Origin: a virus | Taxonomy: Duplodnaviria > Caudoviricetes | DNA length: 61,879 bases | Virus record (IMG/VR): IMGVR_UViG_3300020044_003173 | Span: 1-61,879 of that record | Reading direction: 5' to 3' (one strand) | Shown here: one piece after another, positions 55,562 through 61,879 of the stretch | How positions within the stretch are numbered: position 1 is the first letter of the stretch | How the letters are laid out: every line of letters starts with the position of its first letter | Notes under the pieces: model-generated | What the model saw: only the letters and a program-made list of their open reading frames with translations | Databases searched by the model: none | Told to the model about the DNA's origin: nothing | Made by a program: the position numbers and the translations under genes

Positions 55562-58500
55562 ATGACTCCTGAGGTCAAAAAAGCCCTCCATGAGGGGTTT
55601 ACCTACGAAGAGATTGCTTCAGAACTTGCGAGGCAACGGGGTGTTGACCTAACTAAAGCCTACAACGAAGGTTTTTCGGCGCAGGAAATCGTTGACCACT
55701 TTGCGCCTACCCGCAAACCACTCAAGGCGGGGCTTGAAGCTGCTGCATCTGCGCTAGGTACCGCACTCCCTTATGCTCTGGAGAAGCAGTTCGGTACGGT
55801 TACGCCTGAGGAAGACGCCTCCTACGGCCAGCGGCTCCGTGACTCTGCGGCTAAACAGGAGCAACTACTTCCTGGGGGGCCTATTGATCTAGGCCCGGCT
55901 CTCAAGCGCGGGCTCCCTGGCGCGGGGCAGTTTATTTGGGAACAGCTTGGCGTGTCCGCTCCCCAGATGGGTGCTACGGTTCTGGGTGGTATGGTCGGTG
56001 CGGGCCTTGGGTCTCTTGCGGGTCCGGGGGGTACGCTTGCTGGAGGTATCGCAGGGGGTACGGCTGCTGGTACGCCTTGGTTTGTCGGCACTAATGCTCA
56101 ACGAGCGACTAACGAAGGTCAAGAGTCCCTAACTAAGGAAGAGGCTGGGCGCTCGCTCGCAACTGCCCCACTTCAAGCCGCCGCTGATGCAGCCGGACAA
56201 GTGTTCCTTCCCGGTATTGGGCGTTTGGTGGGTCGCCCTGCGGCTAAGCTTGCTGCTGGGGAAGTGGAAAAGCTCGTCCCCAAGGTCATCAAGGGGGCGT
56301 TCAAAGGCGCTTTGGAAGAGGCTATTACTGAGCCCCTGCAACAGGTTGGTGAGCGTTACGCCGCTGGGCTTCCGGTCGATAACGCGGAAGCGGGTAAAGA
56401 GTATGCAAAAGCTGCTGGCTACGCGGCTATCCTAGGCGCTACCATCGGCGGTGCCGCCGCTCCGTTTGAGAGCAAGCAACAGACTCCTGAGCAAAAGAAA
56501 ATCCAGAAGGAACTTGATACCGCCGCCGCTAAGCTCGTGGCTAACCCCACCACCGCAAACGAAGACGCGCTGCGCGAGAAGGCTGTTAAGCACGGTATGC
56601 CTGCCGCCATGGCCGACACTATCGTTAACCACCAGATCGCTAAAGGGACGGTGCCCAATGTTGGTACACCTGCTGAGCCTGGAAGAGTTGAGCCAAGCGT
56701 TCCTGCTGATGGAGGGGTACCCGCAGGGGGAGATATCCCTGCAAGTCCAAGCGCTACAACCTCAGGACTGGCAGTTTCTGTCGGACCTGCTGGAGTCGAT
56801 AATGGAGGAACGGGATCGGTACCCGGTCCACTAGCGGCGGAGGCTCCTGTTGTTCCTCCTGTTGTTGCCCCTGCTGGTCCCGGCGCGGCGCGTGCGGCGG
56901 CACGTCAAGCTCAGCCTATTATAACGCCTACTCCTGAGCCCGTGGCGGAGGCTCCTGTTGTTTCTGCTCCTCCTATTACTCCTGAGTCCGTGCCCGAAGT
57001 GGTTGCGCCCGAAGCGCCGCTGGAGCTTAGAGATGGGCTTCTGGAGCGGCTGCAAGATACTAAGGGTCGCGGAATCCTTAATTTTGGTAAGGTCTACGAG
57101 GCTACCCTCGCTGGTGCACGTCATGTAGAGGAGCCCGTTGCTCCTGTAGCAACTACACCTGAAACACCGGCTCCTACGCAGGAAGAAGCACAAACCCTAC
57201 TTGAGGAAGCAAAGAAGGGAGGGCTGGACGAAGTACGGGGTACTAAGTACGTATTAGCTAACGAGGCTATTCAAGCAGGGGGCCACGTTGCTATTGCTCG
57301 ACAACTTAATACTCTTCTAGGGAACCCTATGAGGTGGGACACCCCCGCTTCGCGAAGAGTTTACGTACCTACACCTGTGCCCGTTGAGGCTGCGCCTGCA
57401 CCCGAACCAGTTGCACAAGAAGCGCCTGCACCCGAACCAGTTGCACAAGAAGCGCCTGCACCCGAACCAGTTGCACAAGAAGCGCCTGCACCCGAACCAG
57501 TTGCACAAGAAGTGCCCGAACCAGTTGCACAGGAAGCCTCTACGCCCGTTGAGGCTGCGCCTGTGCCCGAACCAGTTGCACAAGAAGTCCCTGCGCCAGA
57601 AGTGCAAGAAACCGCTTCGCCGGTAAGGACCCCCACACCTGAGGAGCAAGCTGTAGCGCAGAACCATGCCAAAGACCTTGGTGGCAGGGTTGTCTACCAA
57701 AACGGAGATATGGGACTAGTCCAGGGATACAGCACCCTTAATGGGCGACCTGTTTACGGGCCCTTCAAGGGGGACCTCAGGGGTAAGGTAGATATAGAAA
57801 GTTTCACGGGGGAGCTGCTCAACCCCACCGAACGTGCAGAGCTTATACAAGCGAAACAAGACCTTGAGGCTGCCGACACCGCTAAGCACGCGGAAGCGCC
57901 GTTTGTTCAGTACGACGCCAGCGGATTGGCCGTTTCAGAAAGTATCCCAGAAAACCTCAAAGGGGTTATTGCGGGTTGGAAATCCCTGCTCCTCCCTAAT
58001 ACGAAACTATATGTAACTACACTAAACGACGCCCGCACAAACGCTGGAAACTTCACGGGTAATACACGCGCGGTGGGTTCCGCTGGCCTCGATGCAAACG
58101 AGAAGGGCTCTACCCGGAAGATCGGAGAAAATGAGCACTACATATCTCTCCAAGATGGGTTGGAACCCAAGGAGCTTCTTGAGGTTCTTGCCCATGAGAT
58201 AGGGCACATCCACCAAAAAGAGGCGTACCAAAACGCCTCCCCACGGCTAAAGGACGCGCTTAGAGCCGAACATGCGCACTGGGTTGAGTCCCTTAAGGGG
58301 AAGACCGCTCGTGAGCATGTGAACGCGCTCCGTGCGCCTAATACAGCAGAGGCTACCGCTGTCCCTGAAGGGTTGGCTAGTGAAGGTATGTCCAACAGGG
58401 GTTACTGGACTAGCTTCTCTGAATGGTACGCCGACCAAATGTCGCGTTGGGCTACCGCTGAGAAGGTGCCGACCAACATCGTTGAGAAGTTCTTCAAGAA

Positions 58501-61500
58501 AGTCGGTAAGGAACTCTTCAAGTTCTACACAACTCTGCGCGGGAAGTCGTACCTCCCCACGGAGACCTTCAGGAAGTACATGCAGGAGGTTTCTAAGAAC
58601 CTCGATCTGGCTCCAGAAACTCAAGACACGCAGGGTACCCAAGAGGCCAATTACGCCCAAGCCGCTGTAGAAGCTGCGAACGAAAAGCTTGTTAACCTTG
58701 AAGAGCAAATCCAAGAATCCATAGACGCGACTAACTCGCAGAACTTCTTTAAGTGGCTGGGCAACGCCGTCAAAACCCGTAGCCCCAAGCTTCTGGGGCA
58801 GCTTCTTAGCTCGTCCAGCCGGGGTGCCCTATTCCGTCTCAAGGCCGCTGCGCCTACTTCGGCGCTGATCGATTTTGTTAACAAGCTCCTGTCGGCGGAC
58901 AAAGTGCGGGCCGTTGAGGGTGAGACCCCTGTGCAGGCGGAGGGCTATATAGGGCCCGTTAAGTCCTTCGAAGTGCTCTTGAACGCCGTTCACGGCACCA
59001 CGGCTCAAATGCGGGAAGCTGCGGCTGGACTTGGCCGGAAGCTGACGGAGTTTCAGCATAAGTACGGGCAGAAGACTTTCACTCTCGTAGCAAACATGGC
59101 TCGCCTGGGGCGTATTAACATCGCCGCCTGGGCTCCCGGTACCACCTTGGCTGACGCCCTTGCCGCTGACGTGCCGACACAAACCTACCAGAACTGGATT
59201 GCTAACGCAGGCCCTAATACCAAGCCAAGCCAGCTTGAAAAGTGGAAGACGGGCCTTGCTCAACGCACGCAGGACATAACTCAGTCCCTTAACGCCTGGA
59301 ACGCCCTTGGTGAGCAAGAAGGTGGGCAGGAGCTTTATAGGGAACTGCGCCAGTACTACAAGGATATGTATGATGTTATCATGGCGCTCCGTAAGGACCG
59401 TCTGTCGAAACTTGGCCTGTCGGACGCGCAGACGCAGGAAATTCTGGACGCCGCTGAGAAGGACCAACAGAAGGTTGATCCCGCCGACGTGCACTCCGAA
59501 CTACCCCACGACATATTCCCTAAGGAGTACTCTCCGTTCATGCGTAGCGGCGAGTTCTGGGTGACGGTTAAGAACGCGATCAACGGCAAGGATATGTTCA
59601 TCCCGTTTGAGAGCATTGCTCTGCGGGACCAGTATATTGAAGGCTACGCCAAGAAGTACGGACTGAACCCTAAGGACCCTAAGAAGTTCATCGTGGGATC
59701 GGGGATGGCTGCGCTTCAGAAGCACTTCAACAACGAGTACGAAGTCTTCCGCGCCATTGCCAAGGCTATCGACACCGCCAAGAAGTCTGACGACGTTAAC
59801 CTCGATGCTCTGTCGGACACCCTGTACCAGATGGCCCTCACGCTCCTGCCCGAGCAGAGCGTGCGCAAGCAGGAAATCCACTCCAGAGACGTTCCGGGTT
59901 TCTCGGCTAACGTGATCCAAGCCTACGAGCGCATGTCCTCGCGATATATAAACCAGATCACCAAGCTGTACTACGAGCCGAGGGTGGAACGCGCCGTCAA
60001 GGCGATGAAGGACATTATCCCTGAGGATATGGCGAGTACGGAGAAGGAAAAGGCCACTACGGTTATCAACGAGCTTGCTGAGCGTGGCCGCGCCATGTTC
60101 AACGCGCCAGACCAAAGTGCAATCGTAAGCGCCCTGAACCGTGCGTCCTTCGTGATGTTCCTTACCTCTGCGGCGACTGCTGCTGCGCAGTTTGCCGGGC
60201 TTCCGATCCTTGTCGCTCCGAGGCTTTGGTCTCGTTACGGCATGGGGGCGACCACCAAGGCCATGACCAAATATAGCCAGCTTTGGAAGTCGGATGGTCT
60301 GTGGCGTACCGGGGTGGATGGCACCAAGCGGTTCATCGGACCTTCGCTCGAAAACAGCCCCATGGTTAAGAACGTCCCCGTGAACAAGAAGGCTTTTGCG
60401 TGGGGTATTGAGCACGGTCTGTACGGTACTATAACCGGGGCTATCTTCGACCACCGGGCTACAGGTATGGACCCTCACACAGGTCTGTCGAACCCGTTGA
60501 GCAAATTCGCGGACTTGGTTGGGCAGCCGTTCAATGCCGCCGAACGCATGTCCCGTGAGATCGCCTTCATGTCAGCGTTTGATTTGCACTACGCCAAGAC
60601 CAAGGACTTCGACGCGTCTACCGCCGAGGCCATGAAGGTTGTACGCGATACGCTGTTCAACCCCGCAGATTTTGAACGTCCCCCTGTGCTCAAGGGGGAG
60701 CTTGGCCGTGCGGTCGGCCTCTTTAAGATGTACCCGATCCACGTTACGCGGTTCTTCGTGCAAACAGGATATAATGCACTCAAGGGGGAGACGAAGGAAG
60801 TTCGGGTCCAGGCGGTCAATAACCTTGTCGGCACCCTGCTCATGGGCGGCCTCTTCCACGGCCTCGCCGGTATGCCTCTGTACAACCTGATTACGGCTAT
60901 TATCGATCAGGTGCTCGACAAGACTATGAGCGACGAAGATAAGGAGGAGCGCCGTCGTAAGTCCCCGATTGGGGCTATGAGTTCTGACTTCTTCTTCCGC
61001 TACGAGTGGCTTCCGCAAAACTTCGGGGCTATCTCGCTTCCTGGGTTGGACGGCAACCAGCACACCCTCAAGGACATGCTCGTCAACGGGCCGGTCTCGG
61101 AGTTCCTAGCCAATATCGGACCTCGTACGTCCTTCAATGGAATGTGGTGGCGCGATGGCCGTCCGTCTGACAGCACGTCAGGGCAGATCATTAACAATAT
61201 CGTCGCCAACATCGCCGGGGTCTCGCTCCTGAGCAACATCGGTAACGCCGTAGATGACTTCAAAAGCGGGAATATCGACCGTGGCCTGGAGAAGATGCTC
61301 CCTGCCGCCTTCAAGGGTCTGGCTACTGCCTACCGGCTTGGCACTGAGGGCGCGGAGACGTACCGAGGCGACGAGCTTGTCAACAAGGATAATATCAATT
61401 TCATCTCCCTTGTGCAGCAGACGATTGGATTCTCCCCTCCCGAGGTGGCTTCGATCCAGAAGCGCAACGCCATGTGGAAAGGGCTCGTGCAGAAGGTGAA

Positions 61501-61759
61501 GACCGAGCGCAACGGGCTCCTGCAAGCCTATAAGGACGAGTTCTTCGACACAAGGGACCCGGAGAAGCTGAGTAAGATCGTGGATAAGATCGTGGAGTTC
61601 GACCAGCGGTACCCCTCGCGCGAGTTTATGATTACGCCTGAAACGATTTGGGACTCCCTCAAGGCGTCCGATAGGTCCAGACGTAACACCGTCCAGGGTA
61701 TCGAGATCACTAAGAATAACGCCCCTGAAGCGATGCGACTGACAGGTCTAACCCAATAA
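55562..61759 (+). CDS. Giant internal virion / polyvalent-like protein with a zincin HExxH domain
   Basis: 2065 aa; LAHEIGH...FSEWYAD; Pro/Glu-rich linker. Confidence 0.75.
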   Translation: MTPEVKKALHEGFTYEEIASELARQRGVDLTKAYNEGFSAQEIVDHFAPTRKPLKAGLEAAASALGTALPYALEKQFGTVTPEEDASYGQRLRDSAAKQEQLLPGGPIDLGPALKRGLPGAGQFIWEQLGVSAPQMGATVLGGMVGAGLGSLAGPGGTLAGGIAGGTAAGTPWFVGTNAQRATNEGQESLTKEEAGRSLATAPLQAAADAAGQVFLPGIGRLVGRPAAKLAAGEVEKLVPKVIKGAFKGALEEAITEPLQQVGERYAAGLPVDNAEAGKEYAKAAGYAAILGATIGGAAAPFESKQQTPEQKKIQKELDTAAAKLVANPTTANEDALREKAVKHGMPAAMADTIVNHQIAKGTVPNVGTPAEPGRVEPSVPADGGVPAGGDIPASPSATTSGLAVSVGPAGVDNGGTGSVPGPLAAEAPVVPPVVAPAGPGAARAAARQAQPIITPTPEPVAEAPVVSAPPITPESVPEVVAPEAPLELRDGLLERLQDTKGRGILNFGKVYEATLAGARHVEEPVAPVATTPETPAPTQEEAQTLLEEAKKGGLDEVRGTKYVLANEAIQAGGHVAIARQLNTLLGNPMRWDTPASRRVYVPTPVPVEAAPAPEPVAQEAPAPEPVAQEAPAPEPVAQEAPAPEPVAQEVPEPVAQEASTPVEAAPVPEPVAQEVPAPEVQETASPVRTPTPEEQAVAQNHAKDLGGRVVYQNGDMGLVQGYSTLNGRPVYGPFKGDLRGKVDIESFTGELLNPTERAELIQAKQDLEAADTAKHAEAPFVQYDASGLAVSESIPENLKGVIAGWKSLLLPNTKLYVTTLNDARTNAGNFTGNTRAVGSAGLDANEKGSTRKIGENEHYISLQDGLEPKELLEVLAHEIGHIHQKEAYQNASPRLKDALRAEHAHWVESLKGKTAREHVNALRAPNTAEATAVPEGLASEGMSNRGYWTSFSEWYADQMSRWATAEKVPTNIVEKFFKKVGKELFKFYTTLRGKSYLPTETFRKYMQEVSKNLDLAPETQDTQGTQEANYAQAAVEAANEKLVNLEEQIQESIDATNSQNFFKWLGNAVKTRSPKLLGQLLSSSSRGALFRLKAAAPTSALIDFVNKLLSADKVRAVEGETPVQAEGYIGPVKSFEVLLNAVHGTTAQMREAAAGLGRKLTEFQHKYGQKTFTLVANMARLGRINIAAWAPGTTLADALAADVPTQTYQNWIANAGPNTKPSQLEKWKTGLAQRTQDITQSLNAWNALGEQEGGQELYRELRQYYKDMYDVIMALRKDRLSKLGLSDAQTQEILDAAEKDQQKVDPADVHSELPHDIFPKEYSPFMRSGEFWVTVKNAINGKDMFIPFESIALRDQYIEGYAKKYGLNPKDPKKFIVGSGMAALQKHFNNEYEVFRAIAKAIDTAKKSDDVNLDALSDTLYQMALTLLPEQSVRKQEIHSRDVPGFSANVIQAYERMSSRYINQITKLYYEPRVERAVKAMKDIIPEDMASTEKEKATTVINELAERGRAMFNAPDQSAIVSALNRASFVMFLTSAATAAAQFAGLPILVAPRLWSRYGMGATTKAMTKYSQLWKSDGLWRTGVDGTKRFIGPSLENSPMVKNVPVNKKAFAWGIEHGLYGTITGAIFDHRATGMDPHTGLSNPLSKFADLVGQPFNAAERMSREIAFMSAFDLHYAKTKDFDASTAEAMKVVRDTLFNPADFERPPVLKGELGRAVGLFKMYPIHVTRFFVQTGYNALKGETKEVRVQAVNNLVGTLLMGGLFHGLAGMPLYNLITAIIDQVLDKTMSDEDKEERRRKSPIGAMSSDFFFRYEWLPQNFGAISLPGLDGNQHTLKDMLVNGPVSEFLANIGPRTSFNGMWWRDGRPSDSTSGQIINNIVANIAGVSLLSNIGNAVDDFKSGNIDRGLEKMLPAAFKGLATAYRLGTEGAETYRGDELVNKDNINFISLVQQTIGFSPPEVASIQKRNAMWKGLVQKVKTERNGLLQAYKDEFFDTRDPEKLSKIVDKIVEFDQRYPSREFMITPETIWDSLKASDRSRRNTVQGIEITKNNAPEAMRLTGLTQ
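56658..56834 (+). CDS. Candidate overprinted 58-aa protein (+1 frame)
   Basis: AAAGGGA SD; acidic amphipathic sequence MLVHLLSLEELSQAFLLME...DWQFLSDLLESIMEER. Confidence 0.4.
   Translation: MLVHLLSLEELSQAFLLMEGYPQGEISLQVQALQPQDWQFLSDLLESIMEERDRYPVH
57392..57511. repeat. 30-bp in-frame tandem repeat x4 (APAPEPVAQE), with partial copies to ~57590
   Basis: GCGCCTGCACCCGAACCAGTTGCACAAGAA. Confidence 0.92.
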
Positions 61760-61879
61760 AAAACTCCCCCCGAGAGCGAATCATCGGGGGGAGAGGTGGC
61801 GGAAGGAGCAACTTCCGAGGCGGACCTTAAGCTATAGCCTCCAGATACGCAACCCACGCACCCCGTCTGCGATTACCAC
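61759..61879. repeat. Terminal direct repeat (copy of 1-121)
   Basis: Exact match. Confidence 0.95.

Noticed and set aside
59501-60478. 325-aa antisense ORF
   Set aside because: Shadow of the giant gene
1-61879. tRNA genes, integrase, reverse transcriptase/DGR, RNA polymerase
   Set aside because: No supporting motifs were seen by eye; a tRNAscan/HMM search would be needed to exclude them fully

Overview
A complete, circularly assembled ~61.76-kb dsDNA tailed phage genome. Bases 1-121 are repeated exactly at 61759-61879. It is probably podovirus-like (no tape-measure, tail-tube or sheath gene; tail-tubular proteins and large ejection proteins present) and infects a Gram-negative host (two-component spanin). 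The left arm (1-23.6 kb, minus strand) carries early and replication genes: primase-helicase, SSB-like protein, SNF2 helicase, PD-(D/E)XK nuclease, family A DNA polymerase, VRR-NUC, a MoxR-type AAA/VWA pair, a glycosyltransferase-like protein, a methyltransferase and a pentapeptide protein. The right arm (24.3-61.8 kb, plus strand) carries terminase, portal, GroES, scaffold, capsid, tail, lysis and ejection genes. No integrase, tRNA or CRISPR array was seen. Highlights: (1) TerL has two inteins. The second has no in-frame nuclease but contains a complete HNH endonuclease gene overprinted in another frame with its own Shine-Dalgarno; the first is a Pro-initiated class 3 intein. (2) A GTAAC-N4-GTTAC palindrome recurs at least 12 times across the early arm and brackets a candidate ribbon-helix-helix regulator. 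(3) A compact doubly pseudoknotted RNA candidate lies in a late-gene leader. (4) A small ORF is overprinted inside the giant ejection-protein gene. All product calls come from motif recognition by eye; no searches were run.
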